Below, one piece after another: positions 48,200 to 60,455 of a stretch of 64,000 nt of DNA. Position 1 is the first letter of the stretch; each line of letters starts with the position of its first letter. A program made the position numbers and the translations under genes. The notes under the pieces were generated by a model. It was not told where the DNA came from, searched no databases, and saw nothing but the letters and a program-made list of their open reading frames with translations. Source of the DNA: Tubulanus polymorphus (lineage: Eukaryota > Animalia > Nemertea). Location of the stretch: assembly GCF_964204645.1 (NCBI RefSeq), contig NC_134036.1, forward strand, positions 5,176,600 through 5,240,599, read 5' to 3'.

Positions 48200-50820
48200 G
48201 CAATTACTGCAACTAATTTTACTTATACTTCTACGAAATGATTCATGAAAAGGATATTAACCATTGTTTGTAAATAACAGAAATATTAGATATCCGATCA
48301 AACACAAATTATATTCAGAATATTTAAAGAAAACCTTAAGATAGAAGTTGAGCAAAGGTCGCCATTTCGTTTCTTTCCTTATTTCAAACAGAATTGATCG
48401 TACTCCCTGGGCTATTATCCTGCAGTTTATATTGTTAATTGCTAGGCCGCCCTGTCGCAAGGGTTTACAGATAATTTCTGCCCTAACATGGTGTTTTCCA
48501 TATGACCAAAGAAAATCATTAATTTGGTTCTGTATCTTTTCCATGTAGGTGTTAGGTATTGGATATATCTCTGACACATACCATAGTAGGAAGAATAGAA
48601 TTTATAACTACGCGCTTTCCTTTGTAGGAAAGTTTTGTCTGACGCCATTGGTTTAATATGATTGATACTATGCTGGCTTTTCGTTTCCAGTTCAGCTTAG
48701 CTATGTCATCATGTCCAAAATACATGCCGTATATTTTTATATGTTTGTTCGGCCATGTAAGATTGTAAGGACTGTCAGTTCTATTTTTGGAGGCACCTAT
48801 CGATAAACATGCCGTTTATTGGTGGTCCACTTTAGCACCGGAAGCTTTTTCATAATCAGATAAAAAACATTGAATAATTCCTCAATTGATTTCATGCTGG
48901 TTAAAGTTAAGGTATTGCCATCAGCAAACTGTTTCATTTTACAAATACTGCCATCCGGTAACTTAATTCCTTTAATCTCAGCGTTACGTCTGATTTTTAT
49001 TGATTAAGTTTCAGCGATGATGACGTATAGCAACGCGCTCATCGGGCATCCCTGTCTAACTCCCCGTTCGAGGGAAAAAGGGGCTGTTAGGAATCAGTTA
49101 CTTTTGATTTGCGATTTAGGGTCAATATAGCACATTTTAATGTATTTGATCATATTTTCACCGAATCCGAATGCTTCAAGGGATTTAAACATAAAGGACC
49201 AGTCGACCCGATCAAAGGCCTTCATCTGGTCGATGGCTTTTAAAAATGCCTCAATATTTTCATCTTCTGTGTATTGAATTATATATCGAATTATATGCAA
49301 TTATCATGGATCCGCCTGCCATTTACGTTGCATGTTTGATCAGGGTCAATTATATCTGTCATTACCTTGATTAACCTGTTTGTTAGAGTTTTAGTTATTA
49401 TTTTATAATCATAACATAGTAAGTTGATTGGTCTCCAGTTTTCTAGGCACGTATTTTGGTTTATACATTCACACACTACTTGATGAAAGTCATATTGTAG
49501 GACATTCCAGAATTTCCTATAAAAGTTAATCGATATTCCGTCAATACCGGGCGACTAATCTAATTTAAACGATTTTAGAGAGTCAGTTAGTTCTTTAAGC
49601 GTAATAGGTCCATCAATCATTCCTGGGTTTTGAACTTGAGGTAGGTTTTCTAAAAAAAACGTCTGTTTGAAGTGGTCTGTTTGTTCTTTGGTGTACAATT
49701 TCTTATAGAAGTTAACTTTGACATCCATTATCTTTAAGTTCATTTTTTTCATTATACAGCGCATTTACATAGATAATCTTTCTTTTCCTTTTCTATAAGT
49801 TGGCGAATAATTTCGATGTTTTTTTCTCCTTCCTCTCTGCACTCAATTTTGGATCGTATTATTTTCCCTTTTGTTTTATTATCATCAATTTGTTTAAATA
49901 TGGTTTTAATATTCTTCAATCTATTTAAGTCGTAGTCCTGACCCTTACTTGCCCGACTCTCTAAAACATATAATTCGTTTTCGAGTTTACGCTTTAGTTC
50001 GTTCCTAGATCTAGAAGTGTCGCATGCAAATTTAATAGTTTTAGATTTAATAAGCTTTTATCATAATTATTATCATAAACTCCTTTGTGCCTTTGCCACT
50101 TATTCCAAGTGTCCGAAATCATGTCACCATTATTTTCATTATTAAGCAAATCATTGTTCAAATGCCAGAACCCCTTGCCGCGTTGAGGTTGGTTTGTGTG
50201 TTATGTCATTGACTTGTGGTCTGAGTGTATCGAGTTCAGGTGTTTTAATGTTTCTACATCATTTGTGACAGATTGAAAAACGTAAAATCTACCAATTCGT
50301 GTTATGGTTATCGTATTGTTGACCTTTGTTATTCTAGTAAACCCTTGTTTCAGGCGATTTAGTGACCCGAATGGATCTTCCAACCAATACGAATTGCACA
50401 ATTGTCCGATCTGTTCGGTGCCAATAGTTATTCTAGGGTTTGAATGAACCGATTGTCGATCTAGGGAATAGTTTTCGATGCAATTGAAATCTCCCCGACA
50501 ATTAATTTTGCGTTCTCGGATTTTTTGATAATCTTTGGTAAAGATTGAAAGAATTCCTTTCTTTTTTTCCTTATTCGGGGCATATATATTCAAGATTTTA
50601 AATTTTTCATTTCCAATGAATAAATTTGCTGAAATAGCGCGTGCTTGTGTATCTTTAGTATAGCTCGTCAGTTTAAAATCGATTTTCGCCTATAGCGACT
50701 CCGTTAACACGATTGGCATTATTATTCGTTATGATTTCAAAGTCGTTCATCAGAATTTAAAACAAACCTATTTGCCTCTTCGTCACTCTTAATATGCGTT
50801 TCTTGTAACAAAAAAAAACT
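48200..50820 (-). mobile_element. Decayed Tx1/L1-clade non-LTR retrotransposon ORF2 (APE endonuclease + reverse transcriptase)
   Basis: Motifs spread across frames: LQETH (~50800), NIYAPN, GDFN, SDH, GKGFWHLN, NWRPINLLCYDYKIITKTLTNRL, IDQMKAFDRVDW, GVRQGCPMSALLY, QFADG, GGLAI; multiple stops and frameshifts. Confidence 0.92.
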
Positions 50821-51618
50821 GTTAATTAGACCTGATAGTTGATAGTTGTAGCCCGGCTCTTATTTCTAGACATATCGGCCCCACTCCGCGCGGTTGCGCC
50901 ACCGCGCGGGTTTTACGCGAAGCAGCAGAACACAAACATGGCCACTCTCTCAATTTTCAATGATAGAAATCGTGTGTGCATTTCAATTATTTCGGCTGTT
51001 AGGGTTTTAAGGCACAATATCAGTTGATGATGTGATATGGCGATGTTAATTAATGATAATTCCGCAATGAAGCTAGTCACGAACGGTGCCGATTGAGTGT
51101 ACAGCTGCCAAAAACACTGAAATGTGCGTAGTTGCGTAACTATTTGCAGTGAATTGCAGACGAAACATGAAGCCTTAACGGCCGTTTAAAAGAAAATTAT
51201 ACCAATCGCAATTGTAAAATAAAAATGAGATAGAACCTAAGTTAAAATTCTGGCCATTTCTAAAATGTTATTACTAATTTTTAGTCAGTGCCGAACGTTT
51301 AGTTTTCCAACAATAATGAGGGGTGGTAGGTAGTCATGCAATTCAAGTCTTCATTTATTACACGTTACTTCCGTGTTGTTGAAAATCTCGCGAGTCCTGG
51401 ACCAAACCCTGGCCACAAATGCACACAGATCACACTACACTACCCATTACACACTCCAGTACCCACAGCTTTCATATATCCATCCAAATATTTAGAGTGT
51501 CTTTCTTCCTGGATACATGTATATACATTTTAGATATTGACTCTAAATCGGTGTTTCAAATAATATTGAATCCAAATTCAATATTGAAAAATTGAAGTTG
51601 ACACCTCGTGCTGCTGCA

Positions 51619-54600
51619 CTATTTATCTTTATGATTTTGGCTGCGTTTAATTTTTGCTCGTATGGATTTCATATCGATAGTCAGTATTGTGTAAAGAAGG
51701 GGATTGAGGGACGAGTTGATCGGTAAGAAAAGAACCGCCAGCCAAGCCGCCACTTGATTCGGTATTTCTACCCGCAATACCGCGCAAAACTGAACGGTTA
51801 TTATCGGCAGCCAGCAAAATAAATTACAAAGATTTATTACCAAACTCCTGCGTGCTAAAATCAGTTCTGTAGGGTCGATTCTTCCCGAACCGGACCTGCT
51901 TCCAGATACGAGTCTGTACATTTGAACATAAGTCGCCATTATCGTAGCGAGTACAAAGGAGTTGGATAATGAAAAAATAGCGAATGAATATTGCCAGGCG
52001 TTGACATCGATTGAAATTAAATTCATCGGTAAACAAACTCCGGTCGTACCGTAAAAATTGCTTCCGAAGTATTGAAATGGTGTAAGAGGTAGTAATACAA
52101 TAACACACAAGACAATCCAACATGTGCAACAAATAATGCACACATATCTTAGAGATGTAATCGGGCTTCCAGAAAATGGATTCACGATATTTGAGAACCT
52201 ATGACGCGTCATGATGAGCAAAAATAATAATGAACCTTCACAAGAAATAGTTACCACTACTCCAGCAAGTCGACAGAATCCACTGTTCGTCCATGATTCC
52301 GAATTCAGAAAGTAGATACCTTTATAAGTATGATCGGCTCCAGCGATCAGAAACAAATACATAGACATCATAAAATCACACACAGCAATATTAATGATGA
52401 TGATGTCTGAAGATTGATTTGAGGAGGAAAATCGAATTCCTCTAACGCGAAGAGAAATGACAATTCCGTTAGCCAGGAAACTGAATGAAGCGATGACCCA
52501 AATGATAGCTCTGAGGGCTGTGTTACCCATCAGATCAGAACAGGAGGAAAATTGATCAGCTTCGGGGAGGCACCGGTCAACGTTCGGAGCCATGCAGCAA
52601 AATTTGTAAGCGTCAGACATTAAAGAGACTAACGATGTCAGATTGTCGAAAACATTTCTGTCGACAGAAATAACTTTGTAGTTGTTGGTTATATCAAGAA
52701 TTTCAAGTGAAGTTAATCCAGAAAATGCGTATCGTGAAATATGATGAATTCTGTTGCCGCTGATATTCAGCGATTGTAATGTAGATAAACCCCTAAACAC
52801 ATTCCTACCAAGTGTGAGCAACATAAGTTCGCGAAGGTCAAGAACGTTTAGTGACTTCAAATCTGAGAATGTATCGCCATCTAAATCACGTAATGGATTT
52901 TCAGTAATCAATAGCACTTTCAAACTATACAGACCAGTGAATGTATTTGGTGATAATGATGTTATGTTGTTATATCTCAGGTCTAATGTATGTAGATTAT
53001 GCAGGTTTGTGAACGAGTTTGGTAATATATAAGACAATTCATTAGAGGAGATATTGAGCATGCGCAAATAGACATATGGAAACAATGTCGATATGTCCAA
53101 GATAATTTTGTTATTTGACAAAATTAAAACTCTAGTTGATGCCGAGAAAAGACCAGTAATATTTGTTAAACCAGTATTGATACAATCAACCAAATGACCT
53201 TGACACTTACAAGCTCGAGGACACGTGACGTTACAGAAAGCCTCGTCATCAATTGTGTGCTTACAATTTATGACACCATCGCAAACTTCAGTTTGTGGAA
53301 TACAACGATTTTCCTGACCACATTTAAACATTCCTGGACATAATAATGTCTCGCAGTTTTGTTCATCTTCTGAATTAGGACAATCTGATTGACCATCGCA
53401 CACCTGTCTGATTGGTATACAGTACGATGCTGGACATTTTGCAGTACCAGCTGGACATTCAAATTCTTCACATCTCAATACGTGTTCAAGATTTCTACAA
53501 ACTGGGAAACCATTTGTCATTCTTTCTAGAATACATATGTGACGTCTTGAATAACAATGAGGAGAATTGAAAGAACATCTTTGTTTATCAGGTTTTGCAC
53601 AGAGATTTGTGAAGTTAGTTGTACAGTAGTTTTCATCATTGCAATGAACCTCGGGATTCACTGTAATATTAGTAGTTGTTACTAATTCATCTTCTTCAAG
53701 GCTTCCACTACAATCCACGACACCATCCTGATACAACTGCCAACTGACACACTCTCCACTATTACACAGGAACCCCTGACACAGTTCAGTAGTGCATCCC
53801 ATTTCATCAGAGCCGTCGTTACAATTCGTGAATCCATCACATTTGTTAGACCTACTGATACATTGACCACTTTTACAGCGAAATTGTTCGGACAAACACG
53901 GGGGATGAATACACGAGTTCTCATCAGAAATATCCTCACAATCCTGTATGAAATCACAGAAACCACTTATTGATATCAACTGACCATCATCGCATTGAAA
54001 CTGACTGTGTAAATATATACCCGTACAATTAAATTCATCTTCACCGTGTCGACAGTCGTGTCTGGAATCACATACGCGATGGTCGCTGATACATCTTTGA
54101 TCGTTACATTTAAACTGCCACGATTTACAACCGCTTATGGAAGATAACTCTTCATCAGTTACATTATATGAACACAAAACAGAATGCACTCTATCTGTTT
54201 GATTATTCCAGGGTATCAATACCCAATTAACCGTATGATTATAAGTGATCTCATTCCTGGTAACAAATGGTTTTATTATCTTCCATTGGTTCTCGGAACC
54301 ATTCGTTAATATGGTGCCATATTGATGCTGATAATGAATTCCGGAAATCAACGTTTCAGCGTGTATCTTTTCCTGCATTATACCTATTTCACCACGGATT
54401 CCTTGACACATTTTTCTTGCTTTCCCAATATCTAAACTGCGGTTTTCGTTCCATTCTGTCAGTATCTGGTAACAATGCCCATCTATACTAAGCCAACCTA
54501 TTGTACAAGTTGCATTTATTGCATTACCTTTAAGGATGGGTTGTTTACTAGTTTGAGATGTAGCAGTTTTTGTTGAATTTCTCTCTCTTCCAGTAATATT

Positions 54601-57600
54601 TTTAGTGAAATCGATTCTTTCTGTTTCACAAATGAATCTCGTGTGAACCTCTTTGAGTTCGCAAGGGAATCGAACCCAGTTCGCCGATCCTCGTGGATTA
54701 TTCAGTAACATCGCCGTACACAGCATATTGACATCATTTATCGGTTGGTTTCTGAGAGGAGATATCAATCCTTGAATAACTTCTGGTATCGTATCGTTAT
54801 TTGTAGTTTTATACCACTCTGTGTAGCTCAATGGTTTTCCATCAGTCCACGTGTAATGACCAGTCCCAGGCTGAAAAGGTAAGTAAGCTCAGTCATTTAT
54901 CAATGCGTCCAATGCACAGTTACTGTTGTGACCTTTAATATACAGTACTCTACCTGCAGTTTTAATCCAATCATCATTATGAGCGCTTTCTGTGAATACG
55001 CCTCATTGACCAGGGGATATGTAGCGAATAATGTTTTTATAGAGATCATTTCCTGTTTCGAGTTGATACTGAGTAGATGTCCCGCGTACTTCTGTCTACA
55101 GTACAATTCAGCATTCTCCCAATTCAGACGTTTATCTCCGATATATTTTACGCATGAAATTCTTGAATCTAGAAATCCTGATTTACAGACATTTTCAAAC
55201 TGTTTTATCGGTTGCTGCTCCTCTAAAATGTATTGTATCTTGAATGTGGGTACTTGGTTTATCATCTCAAACCAGATCCGTGGTATCGCCATTAAAGTGT
55301 AAAATGTGATTCCCGGTTCAGCAAACCTATCGCATAGTTTGAATACGTGTCGGCCTGGTACTTGAGACCAATATATCGTTTGGATGAACGTGATGGAATC
55401 CAGTGCGAATGAGGGTCCTTTGATGCACGACGTCTTGTCTATAGTTTTGACAACGATTCGGTAAAACAGAATTCGGGTTTTTTCCAAACGAAACTGGATA
55501 TGGTATTTCAATAAAATATACGAATTTCCAGCGGATGCAGGGTAATTCGGCGACTGAATGATTCCACAGTCACCTTCAACTTCCTTCCTCAAAATTGGAT
55601 TGTTAGGGTGTGTTATTGTTTGGCACATACGCCGCAATTCAACTATGAACGGGGCACTCCCGAAAGAATTAGCGCTTCTAGAAGTTACGGTGTGCAGTAA
55701 GAAACTGTTATTGAGACGCTGAATACTGAGACGCATTCGGGCTCTACACTGTCTGACAATAAATCTGTTATCACGCGTGCATCCGCCGATCTCAAATTCG
55801 CGCCGTGATAATATCTGAATGCTATGTAACGGTACTCCGCGATTTTCGGGTGTAATCCAGAAACAGTGTGACGTCTGCACTGTCACCTGGCGTTCCCCTT
55901 CCCGTAGTATGTAACCGTCACAGTCAGTCGGGCGTAATTTTAGAATTCCGCTGCCCGTTTGCCTCTTTCGGCTGTTATAAACATAGGCTACTACGATGAC
56001 CGGTCCTCCTGATGTAATCATACCGATGGTTCTACGTCTATAACTCCATGAATCGGGACAATACGGACCGTATCGTCTAGCGGTGAAATTACCACCGTCG
56101 TATATGTAATATCCTGTATTGTCACAATTCACAGACACCAACAATAATTTCACCTCGCTGTCATCGACTTCAACTTTCCATTTGAATGCAAACAGGCGAA
56201 CACGATAATCCAACAGTCCCGAGTACATCATCGAGAAGAACAGCGTGGACATATCAATCGGTCTGTCCTTCTAAATATACAAAATACATGGATCAAGATA
56301 AATTTATCTAATCAATTAAGATGTCGGCTGAACGCTTCTTTCGCTGACTTTGAATCGCAGAGCATCCATGATTTGATACTTACTAAGGGTTTCTCGATGC
56401 GTATTTTCGACATCAAATGTTGCCTCATTCTATAGTTTATTCTTACGTCCAATGTTGTGATGTTCGGTCTCGTTAGGACGCACAGTACGACGAGAAATCC
56501 GTCAGATTTGACACTCAGTGATTTCAGGAAGTTGTTCCCGAGTAAAATATCAGTTCCTACAACGCGCAACGCTTCAAGTTTATATACACCGATGACGTCA
56601 CCGGATATGACGAGATTATATGTCCAGTTGAAGAGGACGTACTGTAACACCTGCACTGTGATAGACCAGCAGTGTAAGTGTTTTGATCGAGTTATTACGT
56701 GTAAACTGTTGTCATCGGGAATGAGCACTCCCGACTCGTTATTAGAGATCTGAATCAACGGATTAGAGACGTTCCAATCTGATATTTGGTACCTCTGAAT
56801 TAGAAGTGTAGTTGTTGTCTGGCGCGTACTTGGTGCAGAAATCAATGCCTTGTTTGTTTTGGTATAAAACGATGACGGCTGTTGTCCACTTTGTTCACCT
56901 AGAAGCGCTATCGGTTCACTGCTGGTGTTCCAGCCGTCATAGATTCGAAAACTCGTCGCTGCAACAGCGCCATAAATGAGCCTGAGATCTAAGTCTACGA
57001 ATGTGAAATTCATCCCGAAACCATCTCGGATGCCTTTCCATTCAAAGAACAATTGACATCGGTAATAAAGCGACATCGCGAATTTGTATCCGGTGGATGC
57101 CTTTATTTCATTCACTCGAGCTCTCGATCTCCAGCATTTGCGACTAGTATTCAGTTGCCCTCGTTCATAACGATACATGATATAAGCCCGACTACCGCGC
57201 GCACCATCGACGTTACTCCTAAACATCAACGAGATCGAATCGTCACGGCGGATTTCATGTTTTCCATCACCGCAGAATCTGTTATCGGACTCGTAGACGA
57301 GAAGGTAGTTATCACTACAGAATATTGACGGCTCGATATCGTGGTACATTTGGACGTGAAAAGTTCCCGGTAAAGAACTGTTGATGAACCAACGACATTC
57401 AACACCGCGCGTTAACGAAGGGTAATTCGGTGAAACGATGTAGCCGGACGTAGAATCTAGCGGGTACCACGTGTTGTTACAAGACGAACTTACCGTCACA
57501 GACGATTCCTCGATAGAGTCTGCGCGATCAGCGCGCGCGATGCGAACTTGACGGACGATCAGCGACGCTATAAACAGCGCTCTCAGCCGCTGCTCCATAC

Positions 57601-57610
57601 CGAACAACAT
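51619..57610 (-). CDS. GRL101-like (type C LGR) GPCR with CUB, C-type lectin, LDLa and LRR ectodomain, copy 1, ~1931 aa
   Basis: Exons 57610-56384 (KPL|gtaagt), 56270-54954 (ttag|KDRP...LKLQ|gtagag), 54870-51619 (ttttcag|PGTGHYTWTDGKP); introns 113 and 83 nt, both phase 0. CUB motifs (GYIVSPNYP, GIIQSPNYP), C-lectin (WENAELYC...HLLSINS...IGL...WTDG), ~7 LDLa modules, LRRs, hinge FCC...FSSCSDLM, 7TM with CWLP and NPLLY. Start codon uncertain. Confidence 0.9.
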
Positions 57611-60455
57611 CACTGCGACAGAATGAACGAAATTTCACGGAATCGTTTATTGGTCGCATCACGATCCGATTTCATCCAATCGGAAAATTCCCTCCGCCGA
57701 GTCGAAAATGTTTTGAATTAGACCGAAACGTAAAAAATAATAACGCAACAGAATAAATAAATTCAGGATTTTGGCAGTTATTCTGCACTTACATTGTTCG
57801 TTCATTACTATATGGTAAGAGTTCAAATAATCATTTAACCTCATACACTAAAAATCCCGAGTTTTACCCGAGCAAAATATGAATTATTTCCGATTCGATA
57901 AGTATTCTTTCAACATCATATACATATCATCAAATCGATTTCGTTCACGTATATCGCGGATTAATCTAAAAATAAAGACCACCGATATAAGACTAAAATG
58001 AGAATTTCTAATCAATATTGAATCTAGAACCTGATCGAAACCGTTGTTGATTTCATTCATGTTTAGAATACGAAATGTGAATCAACTGAATTTTATTGAA
58101 CATGGACCTCTGATATGAGACTAGTCGAGTATCGTAGAGGCCGCAAATTATCAGAACAGTCTATAGATATAAACGCCGACAATTCTACATGGTCAGAATA
58201 TTGTACGTTGAAGATTTCGCGTTGGAAAATACATATCCGTTCGAATTAGAATATCTGCATAGTTGATATTTTGTAGAGAATTCTATGCATTGCTTACGTG
58301 ATTAAAACAAGAAGAAAACTAGTTTTTGGAAATTGAATATTTTCCATCGACGAAATCAACGCATTTCACTAGATTCAAAGATAAAGGTGATAGGGCATAG
58401 CTTCGCCAGTATTTGAAATATGTTGCATATCTCAGCGTTTTATGGAAATCGAATCCAACCGAATAGAGACAGATATTGCAGCGTATCTATTGCAATGCAT
58501 ATTGCAGCAAGCCGCGTATATGAAATGCCTGGGAGCAGTTACTGTAAAAACGGTCGAAACATTTCTGTGCACGACAGCGGTTTTCAGTATATATCATGTA
58601 TATGTATCGATCAAATATATTCACGCTGATTTCGTGCGGCTCTTTAGAGAAACCAGCGAATAGTCCTATTGAATGAAGTAGACCCGAATCAGAATTTGTT
58701 ACCTTTCTGTGAATAGTCGATATCGTGTTTGTATCATGAAAGACCTTTCGGGATAGCTAAAACGATAATCCCCTGGTCGCGTGGAATTCGGTCGTGACCT
58801 TTCGATTTGATTCGATAAAATCTTATTTTCGTTTTGTTTCTAGGAGGAAAACCTTCGTGCGTCTTGTGTCAAAGTTTGATTAATGTGCCATTAGATTCGT
58901 AATTGCGTTCAGATGAAGACGAGCTTATTTGTTGGTAGAAAAAATTAGAATGTGCTATGTGTGGGGGTAGTACGAACTATAGGCCTTGTTTATGGGGTAC
59001 AAACTCGTGCAGCCTGTAGGTAAATAGATTGTGGTATACAATATTGACCTACAACGTGTTTGGTTAGACGCGAGCTTCATTGGCGAGATACAATTAAAAA
59101 CACCCGTGGTAACTTAAACCACAAGGAAATCTTAATGAGAAGGGACAAGAAAAGACAAATAAACGAATATTTTTTGGGGGTAGCAGCCAAGCCTCATTGA
59201 AGTGTAAGAAAACTCTATGAACGCACGAGAAACAAATTGTATCGTCACAATTATCTAGCTTGTGATGTACTGGTGCATTTTTTTGCTGGTTGCTGTTTAG
59301 CTAGCAAACACAAAATACCGAAATATAAGTGGAAACTTGATTGTCTGTGCATTCTTCCAAACAGTTTTTAAAGATTATCTGATCGAAAAATTGCGAAGGA
59401 CGATTTCATCATAAATGTTATTTAGTTAATATAGTTTCCCGAATCAAATTGCAATTTCCGATTAGGTCAACTATCGTGATATCATTTAGAAGTGACACGT
59501 TCCCCCAGTGCGCATATACGAAATAAGCTATACGTGAGTGTGCGATATCTAGTCAGACTGTTGTTGTACATTCATGAGGCGGGTTGTAACTGTTAATTCG
59601 GTAGGATGCACAACGTATTTGTGAAAGTTGAAATCATATTCGACTTTTTAAATTTATAAATGTACACGTCGCATATTCATTTAAAGTATTATCCGATTGT
59701 TATTCGATTAAAGCTAAATTTCGCGGGTTTCTTTGCTTAACGCAATTAAAATGCTAAATGATTTGTTGGACTTAATCGGTTCCGATGTCACCGAGGATTT
59801 TCCAAGGATTCTTTTGCGATTCTTCTTCGGATTTTGTGACATAACGGAAAGAAGCTGAAAAGTCTAATGAATAGTTCATCGACATTTTTCAGTGAGTTAG
59901 TTATATCGAAAAACATTGGAAATATAGTTATAAATCATAGGTTTAGTAAATGGCAGGAAATATTCCTTATTTGCATTTTATCGGTGAATAACAAATTCGT
60001 AAAAAATCGCGAAAAGAAATTATAATCAAAAGTAAATCTTTTGTTTGATTTTCCTTTAACTTCCGAGCATCTGTCATTTATCATAATTGTTCCGGTGTTA
60101 CTTACTGAGTCGCTGAAAATTCACCGACATAATATCTAGGCGTATTATTATTAATCAAAACAATTTAAGTACAGGAGCAGTCTGATTTCAAAAATGATGA
60201 CTTCTACGCACTAATAAGCAATATTGTAACCAGTGTTATAGAGATTACTAAAAGAAAGTGGTTTTTGCTGACGCGGCCTTATATTTCAATTTATGTGATT
60301 GCGTCGCCATCGATATTCAAGATATATTAGCAAAATATCAATAAAATTCTTACAGATTGTAAGGATAAGGTATAAGTGATAAGTGGGTTTTCATACGCTT
60401 TTACATAAAATATCCCAACTAGAAAATGAAATTGAAACATTGAAATATGACAATT

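Noticed and set aside
54900-57613. ORFs 54900-56252 and 56312-57613 as independent genes
   Set aside because: Good phase-0 splice sites join them to the receptor exon, and the C-type lectin domain is split across the junction.
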